Made by a program: the position numbers and the translations under genes. From a bacterium (lineage in GTDB: Bacteria > Bacteroidota > Bacteroidia > Bacteroidales > Bacteroidaceae): 64,000 bases of DNA. Under the pieces are notes generated by a model. That model was not told where the DNA came from. It saw only the letters and a list, made by a program, of their open reading frames with translations, and ran no database searches. Below are positions 8,569 to 18,490 of the stretch, piece by piece. Within the stretch, counting starts at the first letter, position 1. Each line of letters begins with the position of its first letter. The DNA lies in NCBI GenBank assembly GCA_963601795.1, contig CAVCGK010000002.1:90788-154787 (forward strand), read 5' to 3'.

Positions 8569-10953
8569 TTAAATATGTTTGCGCACGATGATGTCTGATA
8601 CCTCCACCTCTGTGTCAGCAGCACATCCACCAAAGTCGAGCACGAGCTTCAGATCACTTATGTCAAGACCTGCGGCGCCTACCAAACGGAAGGAGTAAGG
8701 CTCATAAGCGGTGAGAGCATGACGGTCGGCTGTGTAGAAGGTGTTGTCGTCACCAGCAGTGAACTTGATGGTAGCACCAGCAATATCCTTGTTTGAAGTA
8801 AGGATTACCTGGAAGTCATACTTCTCAGATGCACTTGTTGCGATGCTGGTTGTCGTTGTCACCTGTGCCTGCCACTGGTCATTGGTAGCCTCAGGAAGAC
8901 TTACAGTGTAGGTGCGTCCATTGGTAGTAACCTTTGGATTTGCAATCTGCGCCCATCCTGGTGCATAGTAGAATGTGTTAGGATAAAAATCCTCACCCCA
9001 GAGATTGTCTGATGCAGTAGCATCCCATGTCAGTTCGTCGGCAGTTGCCATATGCTCCTGCAGGAGAACGTCGCTGATGGTAATCTCAGTATTCTCAGGA
9101 CAGTTACCGAAGTCATAGACTATCTTCAAGTTAGAGATATCTACACCCTCAAGGTTTACAAGTTCGATAATCTGGTCTTCGAATGCAGTCACCTCAAATG
9201 TCTTTGCAGTGAGGAACACATTGTCGTCATCCTGCTGCACGAACTTTACGGTCACACCATTGAAACTTGTACTTGAACTCAACTTAACACGGAGGTCGTA
9301 AGTCTTGTCTGCAGAGAGAGCCACACCAAGGTTGTTGAGAGTGTACTGAGCCTGCCACTGTGCATCGGTAGCTGTAGGCAGAGAAATGGTATGAACGCCG
9401 TTGGCATAAGAGTGAGAGAAACCTTCAGGAATCTGTTCCCAACCGCTGGTGTGAGCATAGTAGGTAGTAACATCGCTATAATCTACACCTGTGAGCAGGT
9501 TGTCAGCCTCACGCCATTCCACCACAGCCTCGTCGTCATCATCAGAAGGAAGCACTGTGCCGTCATCATTGGCATGATCCTTCACCACGATGTTTCTCAC
9601 GCTCACACTTGTGTTGGCAGGGTTACCGCCGAAGTCGAAGAATATCTCGCAGTCAGCATCAGCTGTCATCTTATTTACATCTGAAACATAGAATACATAG
9701 TCCTCATAAGCCTTCAGTTTCACATTCTCTACAAAGACATAGTTGTCGCCAGAGTTAACGTCAGTGAGCTTTATTGTCACATTATTAATATCTGTGGTAG
9801 AGTTGAGGATACAAGAGAAGTCATAAGTAGAAGCAGCCTTGAGGTTAAGGGCTGATGGTTTGAGAGCACACTGTGCCTGCCACTGGTCGGTGGTTGCTTC
9901 AGGAAGAACGAATGTGTATTCAGCACCATTGTGAGTGAAAGTAGGATCAGCTATCTGAGCCCAACCTGGAGCATAGTAGAAGTGTGTGGTAAGGTCACCA
10001 GACTCATCAATTGCCTTCCAAAGGTTGTATTCACTGTTATACTTGAATCCGTCAAACTCCTTCACTGCTGCACCAGAGGTGAGACTGAAGTGCCATGCTA
10101 TGGCTCCGTTGTCACAAACGAGTTCGATTGCAGAAGCTGTCATGCTCTCGATCTTGAAACGTGGGTTTGCCCATGTCTCGTCATTAGGCATGTAAGGGAA
10201 CTGTGTGTTGGCTGGAAGCACGAGGTAGAGGTCATCACCCTGCACGTCAAACTCATAAGACACGGTCTGCTCAGTAGCAGGGATGGTGAAGTCCTCGGTA
10301 GAACCTGTGGTATTGAGAGATGTACAGCCATTGTTGACATACATTGTGCCCGACTCGCCTGGATTGAAGGTGTACTTATAGTCAGAGGTGAATGTCAAGC
10401 GGTTGTCATAAACGCCATAGGCAGCCTTCTCGTCAGCACTTGCCGACCACCAGTTGGTACCTGTAGTGCCTGATTCTCCGCATGCCATATGCCCAGCCTT
10501 AGAGTTGTCTATACGCCACTCCTTTGAACTGCCAGCAGCAGTACCGCCAGAGATAAGAGTGAGATATTTGTCGAAGTTGACAACAGTGTTGTCAATGTGG
10601 AAAGTAAACGACTTTGAACCGTCGCTAAGACCGTTGCGGTTCATAAGTTTGAACTCTGCATCATAGTCGCCAGCCTTGGTAAAAATCTTCTTCAAGCCAT
10701 TGACTGTAGAGTAAGTCACCTTCTCATTCTCCGTACCCTTGTTCTCATAGAATATCCACACAGGCATCACTCCCTTCACGTCAGCAGGCAGGGAGAAGGT
10801 CACCTGATTGAGATTTTGGTCTACGGTGACTACAGGCTCCACTCCCTCAAGACTTGGAATCTTGCCGTCGGCACCGTCAAAACTGTCGGGCGAGCAGGCA
10901 GCTGTCACTGCCAGCACCGCGAGTCCAAACAGACATTTAAATATATTCTTCAT
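8569..10953 (-). CDS. Surface glycan-binding lipoprotein (SGBP-B-like) with three tandem CBM-like domains
   Basis: Lipobox TAAC; position right after susD; three repeats of YYA(P)GW.QI...LP.AT..QWQAQ...DFG. Confidence 0.75.
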   Translation of the reverse strand: MKNIFKCLFGLAVLAVTAACSPDSFDGADGKIPSLEGVEPVVTVDQNLNQVTFSLPADVKGVMPVWIFYENKGTENEKVTYSTVNGLKKIFTKAGDYDAEFKLMNRNGLSDGSKSFTFHIDNTVVNFDKYLTLISGGTAAGSSKEWRIDNSKAGHMACGESGTTGTNWWSASADEKAAYGVYDNRLTFTSDYKYTFNPGESGTMYVNNGCTSLNTTGSTEDFTIPATEQTVSYEFDVQGDDLYLVLPANTQFPYMPNDETWANPRFKIESMTASAIELVCDNGAIAWHFSLTSGAAVKEFDGFKYNSEYNLWKAIDESGDLTTHFYYAPGWAQIADPTFTHNGAEYTFVLPEATTDQWQAQCALKPSALNLKAASTYDFSCILNSTTDINNVTIKLTDVNSGDNYVFVENVKLKAYEDYVFYVSDVNKMTADADCEIFFDFGGNPANTSVSVRNIVVKDHANDDGTVLPSDDDDEAVVEWREADNLLTGVDYSDVTTYYAHTSGWEQIPEGFSHSYANGVHTISLPTATDAQWQAQYTLNNLGVALSADKTYDLRVKLSSSTSFNGVTVKFVQQDDDNVFLTAKTFEVTAFEDQIIELVNLEGVDISNLKIVYDFGNCPENTEITISDVLLQEHMATADELTWDATASDNLWGEDFYPNTFYYAPGWAQIANPKVTTNGRTYTVSLPEATNDQWQAQVTTTTSIATSASEKYDFQVILTSNKDIAGATIKFTAGDDNTFYTADRHALTAYEPYSFRLVGAAGLDISDLKLVLDFGGCAADTEVEVSDIIVRKHI

Positions 10954-10977
10954 AATTGATAATTCTTTATTTTGTTA

Positions 10978-12546
10978 TTACTCGAAGTAGGAAGTGTTCT
11001 GCACCAATGCTGCATCAGAGTCAAGCTCCGACTGTGCTATAGGGATATACTTCTTGTTGCGTGTCCATGTGCCAGTGCGGCCTTCGTCAGAAGGATTTGT
11101 TCCATCGCAAGCTGTAGGCACAAGAGTGTTGAGTGCGTTAACGGAAGATTCAGGCACGTCGCACATACGCACAAGATCCCAATAACGTTTACCCTCACCC
11201 ACGAACTCCAGTTTGCGCTCGTTGATGATATTATCAAGAGTAGCGTCAACCTCTGTCAGTCCTGCACGGTTGCGTATCTTTGTGAGCAGAGTCTTGGCAT
11301 CACCATCGCCATAACCGCGCACATCAAGTTCGGCAGCATTTAGGTAAGCCTCAGCAAGACGATAATAGCGGTAATTATTGTTGTAATTCAGGTTGTTGTC
11401 AAAGCCTGCATCGGCATTTGTCTCCGTGTAAGGACGATACTTAGCAAGCCAGATATGGGTGTCCTGATAGCGGTTAGTATATTCCACACCACGTGTATCC
11501 CAGCAGGTAGCGGCACGACGAGTGTCGTTCTCGTCATACATGTTATAGGTGGAAACTCTTACAGGAAGGAATCCCCAACCATCGCCACCGTCCCAACCAT
11601 CGCCACCAGGCCAAGAGTTAGGAGAGATAAGAGTAGGAAGCACCGTACCACCAGTACCAAGAGCCCAGCTCCATCCACGGTCATTGTTGCCGTCCTCATA
11701 GTTGATTTCCCAAATAGACTCAGGACACCATTCGCCTGACTCCTGCCACAAGGCAGCGAAGTCAGAGTTGAGAGAATATTCGCCACTGTCGGCAATAATT
11801 TCCTTCATATACTTGTATGCCTGCGCCATGCGAGTAGCATCATTCTGATACATCACCATCTCGGCATACACCATATAAGCCATAGCCTTAGACACACGAC
11901 CTGAGTTACTTGCATCCCAGCGCATAGGCAGCGAACAGTTAGAAAGCACATCCTCGAGTTCTGCTATCACCTTCTCGTAAATCTCGTCAGCCTTGAGCTG
12001 TGGAGCTGTGTAAGGGTCGGTGAGGTCGTCGGTATAGTAAGGCACATTTCCGAAATAATGCCACAACATATTATAATAGAACACGCGCAACACGCGAGCC
12101 TGGTCTACATAGGAAGCCTTATTGGCAGCAGAGATGTTGCCCTTCTCGTCTGCCCATCCAGCATATTTGATTACGTCATTGCAACGCTTGATACCCGAGT
12201 AGTCCACAGTCCAAAGCGAACTAAGAGTGTTGCTTTGGTCGCCTTTGAAATCGGAAAGCAAGTGCCAGTTCTGCATGTCGGCATAGTTGGAACCGCCCAC
12301 CCAAAAGAGGTCGCCCATGATTTCTGAGTCTATATTGAGCGCATTATACTGGTTGAGACCCCAGTCTGGCCAATGTAATGGGTCATATGCTGCCGTGAGG
12401 GCTTCAAACACGTGGGCGTCAGTAGTGTAGTATTCCTCGATAGGCTCACCCGTAGGGTTCTCCACAGTAAGCCAGTCTTCACTACAAGATGTTGTCAGCA
12501 GGATGCCTGCCGCAAACAATCCTAATGTCTTTATTGTAGATTTCAT
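10978..12546 (-). CDS. susD: SusD/RagB family lipoprotein
   Basis: Lipobox LTTSC; YRLAEAYLNAAE, ERKLEFVGEGKRYWDLVR; follows susC. Confidence 0.95.
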   Translation of the reverse strand: MKSTIKTLGLFAAGILLTTSCSEDWLTVENPTGEPIEEYYTTDAHVFEALTAAYDPLHWPDWGLNQYNALNIDSEIMGDLFWVGGSNYADMQNWHLLSDFKGDQSNTLSSLWTVDYSGIKRCNDVIKYAGWADEKGNISAANKASYVDQARVLRVFYYNMLWHYFGNVPYYTDDLTDPYTAPQLKADEIYEKVIAELEDVLSNCSLPMRWDASNSGRVSKAMAYMVYAEMVMYQNDATRMAQAYKYMKEIIADSGEYSLNSDFAALWQESGEWCPESIWEINYEDGNNDRGWSWALGTGGTVLPTLISPNSWPGGDGWDGGDGWGFLPVRVSTYNMYDENDTRRAATCWDTRGVEYTNRYQDTHIWLAKYRPYTETNADAGFDNNLNYNNNYRYYRLAEAYLNAAELDVRGYGDGDAKTLLTKIRNRAGLTEVDATLDNIINERKLEFVGEGKRYWDLVRMCDVPESSVNALNTLVPTACDGTNPSDEGRTGTWTRNKKYIPIAQSELDSDAALVQNTSYFE

Positions 12547-12568
12547 AAAGTATATTCGTGTTAAGAGA

Positions 12569-15500
12569 TTAGAAAGAAAGGTTTACACCGACAGTCCATG
12601 TGCGGCCTTGTGGATAAACACCACGGTCTACACCGAGAGATGTACCGCCGGAAGCGATTTCAGGATCGAAGCCCCAATACTTTGTCCATGTGATGAGGTT
12701 ATCAACCGACACATAGAGACGCAGGCGCTCAATGAAAGCCTTCTTGGTGAGTGACTGTGGGAGTGTGTAGCCGAGCTGCATGGTCTTGATGCGGAAGTAG
12801 GAACCATCGCATACATAGAGATCGGAGCCTACCCAGTTGTAAGCACCGTTTACAGACAGGCGAGGATATTTTGTAGAAGTGCCTTCGCCAGTCCAACGAC
12901 CGAGCATCCATGTAGGATAGTTGCCTGAGTATACGTCGGAACGATAGGTAGCATCGAGGATGTCAACACCAGCCACGCCCTGCATGAAGAGATTGAAGTC
13001 GAAGCCCTTGTATTCTGCATTGAAGTTGAAACCGAAGGTCCAGTCAGGATTACCGTCACCGATATATGTACGGTCGTTGGCATCGATAACATTGTCACCG
13101 TTTACATCCACGAAGCGCACGTCACCAGGCACGCGGTCGAGACCATACTTGGCATTGTAAGCAGCAGCCTCCTCTGGATTCTGAAGTATACCGTCGGTCT
13201 TGTAGCCATAGAAGAATGGGAAGCAATAGCCGTTCTCACCACGTGTCACGAGGTCGGTCAAACCCTGCACAGAGTCATAATTTTGGAAACCTTCTGAGTT
13301 ACCAAGGTTGTTAAGAGTGTTTGAGAGATAAGACACGTTAGCCTTTGCACCGAAACGTGCATCGCCTACATGCCACTTGTAACCAAGTTCAAACTCGATA
13401 CCCTTATTTGTCATGTCGCCCACGTTTGCCTGTGGCTTATTCTCACCTGTGTAACTTGGTATAGGACGAGTGATAATCATGCCGTTAGTCTTCTTCACGA
13501 AATAGTCAACGGTGAAGGTGAGGGCTGAGTTGAAGAAGCCAAAGTCGAGACCTATGTCAGTCTGCTCTGACTCCTCCCAGCGTAGATCAGGGTTAGGCAT
13601 GATGGAAGTCTTCGAACCGATATATTTTGAAGCCTGTGTACCGAAGAGGTAGTTGTTGTTCATCGAGGTGTAGGCAGAGTAGTTGAAGTCACCGATATTC
13701 TCGTTACCGTTCTTACCCCAGCTAGCACGCACCTTGAAGTTGGAGAGCCAGTCGTGAGTGCTTTCCATGAAAGCCTCGTTCATCACATTCCAACCTACAG
13801 ACACTGAAGGGAAGATACCATATTTCTTGTTGGAACCGAAACGTGAAGAACCGTCACGGCGGATAGTTCCCTGGAACATGTAACGCTCATCATAGTTGTA
13901 ACTCAGACGTGCGAAGAGAGAAGCCAAACGGTGCTGTGTGTATTCTGCACCAGAAACACTGTGCTGAACGGTCACACCATTGATAAACTCGCCAAGCTTG
14001 TTGCCGTCCTTGTCATAAGCTATCACTTTGTTGCCGTCGGCGTCGGTCATGTAGTTGAATACATAGTCGCCCGTAGCATAGTCGATGTATGGTTTGTCTG
14101 TGTTGACAAGATTCCAGCGACTGCCGCTGAGTGTGCTACCCTTATAGCGTGTGAAAGACTGACCGAGAACAACTCCGATAGAATGCTTACCGAAGGTTTT
14201 GTCATAGGTAAGGATGTTTTCGAGCTGTATGGTAGAACCATTAGACTTAGTAGCACTTGCACTTGTGTGCTCAGCCTTGTTATTGCCCGAGTAGTAATAG
14301 AGAGACTTTGTAGCTCCGTCGCTGCCATAGAAAGAAACGTCAGCAGAGAAAGAGGTGCGGAACTTGAGGTTGTCCCATATCTGAAGGTCAAGGGCGATGT
14401 TTGGCACAATCTTGTGCGACCATCCGCGTGTAGGAGTGGTAGAAGCAAGCATTGCCACTGGGTTATTCATCTCCTGATATGTTCCTGCATTACCCGGGAT
14501 AGTATATGGGTCACCATTGGCATCAACAGGCAGTGTGTAGCCACGTGCAGCATAGGAAGCGATGAGGTCCTGACCTGCCTGACCAGTCACTGTAGGAGCG
14601 AGAAGTGGTGACATGTAGAGAGCCGAACCGAGGATTGATCCGTACTCAGAGTTGGTAGAGACACCTGTGCTATGAATGTTTGCATATGACACCTTCACCG
14701 TCAGGTCAGCCTTATTGAGGAAGTTGCGCTCCTTGCTGAAGTCCATGAGGTTAGCATTGGTATTGCCAGTGAGTGTAAGACGGTCATAGTTAGACTGTCC
14801 GTAGTTACCGCCTACGATACCGTCAGCCTCATAGTATCCCATAGAGAAATAGTAGTTCACCTTCTCTGAAGCACCACTTATCGACACATCGTGCGACTGC
14901 TGAGGGGCATTGTCATTGAATACAAGATCCTGCCAGTCAGTGCCAAAGCCCTTTATGGCATTACCGTTGGAGTCGGTAAGGTTGTATGGGTCAGCATATT
15001 TTGCTGCCTGACCTCCATTGAGATAGAACTCATTCTGCAGAATGGCATAGTCGGTGGCACTTGTCACATCGCGCCGCTTTGCTGCTGATGTCCAGCCCCA
15101 AGAACCATTGTAGCTCACCTGAGCCTTGCCGAGTTTACCTTTCTTTGTTGTCACAAGGATAACACCGTTGGCAGCACGTGCACCATAAATGGCACCTGAA
15201 GCGGCATCCTTCAACACCTCGATAGACTCAATGTCGTTAGGGTTGAGGTAGTCGAGACCGCCGTCGATAGCCATACCATCAACAATATAGAGTGGGTCGC
15301 TATTGTTGATTGTTCCCACACCACGCACTCTCACGCGTGATGCCTCACCAGGCTGACCTGAATTGGATGTCACCTGCACACCAGCAGCGAGACCCTTCAG
15401 GGCATTATCCATACGCACTGGAGCGGTAACGGCGAGGTCGTCGCTGCTCACCTTTGCTATGGCAGCAGTCACAACGCTCTTCTTCTGCACACCATAACCG

Positions 15501-15817
15501 ATAACAACGACATCATTAAGAGTGTTTTCATCCTCGGAAAGAGTGATGTTCATGTTTGTAGCGGCAGCTACGGTCTTTGTAGAAAAACCCACATAGGAGA
15601 TCTGCAGTTGCGCACCTTTAGGTACTGACAATTGGAAATTACCGTCGATGTCGGTGATAGTGCCGACGCCGGTAGTTCCTGCCTGAATGACAGTAGCGCC
15701 TATCACTGGTTCACCCATTGCGTCTTTCACAACGCCGGATGCAGTAATATTCTGCGCATGAATTGCTATTGACACCATTAGCATCAAAAGCAAAGCAAGA
15801 AGCTTACTTCTGTTCAT
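12569..15817 (-). CDS. susC: SusC/RagA TonB-dependent transporter
   Basis: VVVIGYG, LKDAASGAIYGARAANGVILVTTKKG plug motif, YP..RT..VGVNLSF C-terminus. Confidence 0.97.
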   Translation of the reverse strand: MNRSKLLALLLMLMVSIAIHAQNITASGVVKDAMGEPVIGATVIQAGTTGVGTITDIDGNFQLSVPKGAQLQISYVGFSTKTVAAATNMNITLSEDENTLNDVVVIGYGVQKKSVVTAAIAKVSSDDLAVTAPVRMDNALKGLAAGVQVTSNSGQPGEASRVRVRGVGTINNSDPLYIVDGMAIDGGLDYLNPNDIESIEVLKDAASGAIYGARAANGVILVTTKKGKLGKAQVSYNGSWGWTSAAKRRDVTSATDYAILQNEFYLNGGQAAKYADPYNLTDSNGNAIKGFGTDWQDLVFNDNAPQQSHDVSISGASEKVNYYFSMGYYEADGIVGGNYGQSNYDRLTLTGNTNANLMDFSKERNFLNKADLTVKVSYANIHSTGVSTNSEYGSILGSALYMSPLLAPTVTGQAGQDLIASYAARGYTLPVDANGDPYTIPGNAGTYQEMNNPVAMLASTTPTRGWSHKIVPNIALDLQIWDNLKFRTSFSADVSFYGSDGATKSLYYYSGNNKAEHTSASATKSNGSTIQLENILTYDKTFGKHSIGVVLGQSFTRYKGSTLSGSRWNLVNTDKPYIDYATGDYVFNYMTDADGNKVIAYDKDGNKLGEFINGVTVQHSVSGAEYTQHRLASLFARLSYNYDERYMFQGTIRRDGSSRFGSNKKYGIFPSVSVGWNVMNEAFMESTHDWLSNFKVRASWGKNGNENIGDFNYSAYTSMNNNYLFGTQASKYIGSKTSIMPNPDLRWEESEQTDIGLDFGFFNSALTFTVDYFVKKTNGMIITRPIPSYTGENKPQANVGDMTNKGIEFELGYKWHVGDARFGAKANVSYLSNTLNNLGNSEGFQNYDSVQGLTDLVTRGENGYCFPFFYGYKTDGILQNPEEAAAYNAKYGLDRVPGDVRFVDVNGDNVIDANDRTYIGDGNPDWTFGFNFNAEYKGFDFNLFMQGVAGVDILDATYRSDVYSGNYPTWMLGRWTGEGTSTKYPRLSVNGAYNWVGSDLYVCDGSYFRIKTMQLGYTLPQSLTKKAFIERLRLYVSVDNLITWTKYWGFDPEIASGGTSLGVDRGVYPQGRTWTVGVNLSF

Positions 15818-15953
15818 AATTTAGTTTTTAGTTATTAATAATTGTAGTATGTGTATTTACGTTCTATCTCCTACCAAAGTGGAAAATAAAAGTGCATCAC
15901 GCACTCATGCCTCATCACTCACAGGTTAGTTAGGTTTTCAGTAATCTCTACTG

Positions 15954-15961
15954 CAAAAGTA
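15954..15961 (-). promoter_or_regulatory. -7 promoter box for the susC PUL
   Basis: Reverse complement TACTTTTG, about 136 nt upstream of the ATG. Confidence 0.6.
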
Positions 15962-16048
15962 ACAACAAAAGAAAATACAGCAAAATAAATGTGAACAAAA
16001 ATAAACCTTACTAAGAAATTTAATAAAGTATTTACTTAATAATAATGT

Positions 16049-16166
16049 TAGTAGTTACAGTGTCCTCACTGCAACCTACAAATAAGTTTACGATGATAAT
16101 CATAGGAGGCGAAGCGACCTCGCTTTGCCCGAATACAATAATGGTACGGTGAGGACACCGTACCAT
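16049..16166. repeat. Cluster of three REP-like hairpins (subtype B 16049-16075; variants 16103-16129 and 16141-16166)
   Basis: TAGTA-GTTACAGTG-TCCT-CACTGCAAC; TAGGA-GGCGAAGCG-ACCT-CGCTTTGCC; ATGGTACGGTG-AGGA-CACCGTACCAT. Confidence 0.75.
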
Positions 16167-16173
16167 TCTTTGA

Positions 16174-17262
16174 TTACTTGTCAAGTATTTTTTGTATTTC
16201 TTCGAGTGGCAATCCCTTGCCTACAATCTTGCCCTGTGGGTCGATGAGGAGCGTGTTAGGGATAGCACGGATGTTATAAATCTGACCTGCTTGGCAGTTC
16301 CATCCCTTGAGGTCGGACATATGGTGCCAAGGTATGGAGAGCGACTCTATAGCCTTCTTCCATGCTTCATCCTTGTTGTCGAATGACACACCGACGATGT
16401 CGAAATTCTTATCCTTATTTTTATTATAGAATTCTATATACGACGGCATAGCAGCGCGACATGGACCACACCAACTTGCCCAAAAGTCCACCAAGATGTA
16501 CTTGCCCTTGCCGGCATAATCTGACAGGCTTACGGTCTTGCCATCTGGCGACTGCATGGTGAAATCGATGAAAGGATTTCCTGGTGCCGTAGCAATGTCA
16601 TTCTTCAGTCGATTGGCGATGTCTTTCACAGTGGCATCATTCTGATATTCCGCAGGTATGGCGGCAAGCAACTGCTGCTTCTCCTCTGTCGTGGTGATGT
16701 CGCTATACTGCTTGAAGAGCATCACGCCCACAGGCAATTTGATATTCTCCTTCATGTAGCTCTTGCGCACAGCATTGATATCGTTGTCAAGACGAGTGTA
16801 TTCCACACGCAGGGAGTTGATAGAATCTTCCGAAAGACCTTCACCGCTCGCAATGCGACGCAGTTCATCCTGACGGTTTTCCGATGGAGCTATCTTGTCC
16901 TGCAAATCCTGATAGATGTCATTGTCTTGTGTGCCACGCACTGAAGTGGTAGTGGGCGTAAGACGAGCCTTGACTGTTCCCTCCTCCACAAACATCTCTG
17001 CCCAATGTAGGCGACCATTAAGTCGGAAGTTCAGATAGCGCACTTCTGGAGTAGCAGTAGTGCCAGAGAACTTAAACTTGTCATTCTCTACCTTTGTAGA
17101 GTCGATATGCGACAGCTGGCCGTTTACTGCTTCACTAAAATAAATGGTTGTGTTAGTGGGAATGTCTGCCGTAGTACCCTCTATCTGCCACGCCTTTTGA
17201 GCGAAGACAGAAGCCAATGGCAGAGTCATTGCTACGACACTAAGAATCAATTTGTTGTTCAT
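16174..17262 (-). CDS. TlpA/ResA-like thiol-disulfide oxidoreductase with DUF4369-like N-terminus, signal peptide
   Basis: DFWASWCGPCR (CxxC); likely start MNNKLIL at 17262; TACTTTTG promoter at 17293-17300 (minus). Confidence 0.92.
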   Translation of the reverse strand: MNNKLILSVVAMTLPLASVFAQKAWQIEGTTADIPTNTTIYFSEAVNGQLSHIDSTKVENDKFKFSGTTATPEVRYLNFRLNGRLHWAEMFVEEGTVKARLTPTTTSVRGTQDNDIYQDLQDKIAPSENRQDELRRIASGEGLSEDSINSLRVEYTRLDNDINAVRKSYMKENIKLPVGVMLFKQYSDITTTEEKQQLLAAIPAEYQNDATVKDIANRLKNDIATAPGNPFIDFTMQSPDGKTVSLSDYAGKGKYILVDFWASWCGPCRAAMPSYIEFYNKNKDKNFDIVGVSFDNKDEAWKKAIESLSIPWHHMSDLKGWNCQAGQIYNIRAIPNTLLIDPQGKIVGKGLPLEEIQKILDK

Positions 17263-17502
17263 AATAGATGTAATATGTGTTATTTTATACACCAAAAGTA
17301 CATAAAATGTTACATATTGCACACACACGCACATTTTATTTGAAATATTTTTCACTATTTAGTCATTTATTCATATCTTTGCGACAAACATTAAAGATGA
17401 TTAACATCTTTCAACTAACTGTTCACCATAAAGACACGATAGTTTGATAAAGAAAAGGTCTTAGAAGACTATATGATAACATTTATAAACAACTAAACCA
17501 AA

Positions 17503-18369
17503 ATGCTTATGAAAAAGATTTTACTTCCGATGTTCGCTTTCCTGATGTCAGCGACAGCCATGAACGCACAGACTGCATCTACAGATGAGAGTAAGGTGCT
17601 TCTTTCTCCTCACGGAGTATTAACAGAAACCACTGGTGATGCAACAAAGATTGTAGGTGTAGACGAGACTTATGACATATACCGTTCATATATGGACTTG
17701 GATCTTGATGCAGTGTTTGCACGTTTCTCCACAGAAGACCTTGAGCCATATGTGGGCTACAATGTCGTAGGAATGAAAGTTGCTGGAGTATTCGGCAGTG
17801 AAACTACAGACTTCCTGCTCAATATCGAGTGCAACCAGACTTTCGGTGAAGAAGAAAAAAAGAGTTCCAAGAATGTGGCTATCGCCAAGGGTGTAAAGGC
17901 TACACCATCAGTGCCTTCAATGAGCATCTACAACTGGAATGAAGTAACATTCGAAACTCCATACACCATCCCTGCAAAGAAAGAGGAAGCTGTAGAAGGC
18001 GATCCTGAAGATTTCCAAGATCTCTATGCTGGTTACTGGGTAAAGGATAGCGAAGGCAACATCACTCTTGGTCAGTTGCTCGTGGGTCAGCCTTACGACG
18101 ACTCTGAGATGAATCCAGGCTGGTATTGCCAGCAGACTGGTGCCAGCACGGGAGTGCCAAGACTTGCAGGACTTGGAGTAAACCTTCTCCCTGTGCAGCT
18201 CATCCTTGAGAAGTCAGGTGCTGACGGCATAGAGAGCACAACTGCTTCTGACGCAAAGGAGGCAGCACGCTATAGCCTCGACGGCAAGCGCATCTATCTG
18301 CCTGCAAAGGGCATCAACATCGTGAAGATGACCGACGGCACCACACGCAAGGTGACTGTGAAGAAATAA
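17503..18369 (+). CDS. Secreted protein of unknown function with Prevotella-type T9SS C-terminal signal
   Basis: Signal peptide ending AMNA; C-terminus GIE...YSLDGKR...KGINIVKMTDGTTRKVTVK; promoter TATCTTTG at 17374-17381. Confidence 0.75.
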   Translation: MLMKKILLPMFAFLMSATAMNAQTASTDESKVLLSPHGVLTETTGDATKIVGVDETYDIYRSYMDLDLDAVFARFSTEDLEPYVGYNVVGMKVAGVFGSETTDFLLNIECNQTFGEEEKKSSKNVAIAKGVKATPSVPSMSIYNWNEVTFETPYTIPAKKEEAVEGDPEDFQDLYAGYWVKDSEGNITLGQLLVGQPYDDSEMNPGWYCQQTGASTGVPRLAGLGVNLLPVQLILEKSGADGIESTTASDAKEAARYSLDGKRIYLPAKGINIVKMTDGTTRKVTVKK

Positions 18370-18389
18370 TACCATGACACTATAGAAAT

Positions 18390-18430
18390 GCGCCATGAAG
18401 GGCAATGTTTTTCCTGACCCTTCATGGCGC
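18390..18430 (+). other. GC-rich intergenic hairpin without U-tract
   Basis: GCGCCATGAAGGG / CCCTTCATGGCGC 13-bp arms. Confidence 0.6.
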
Positions 18431-18490
18431 ATATGGCATCCGCCCCCCACTCTCTTATGACATCAGGAAATCTACACCTATTATAACACA

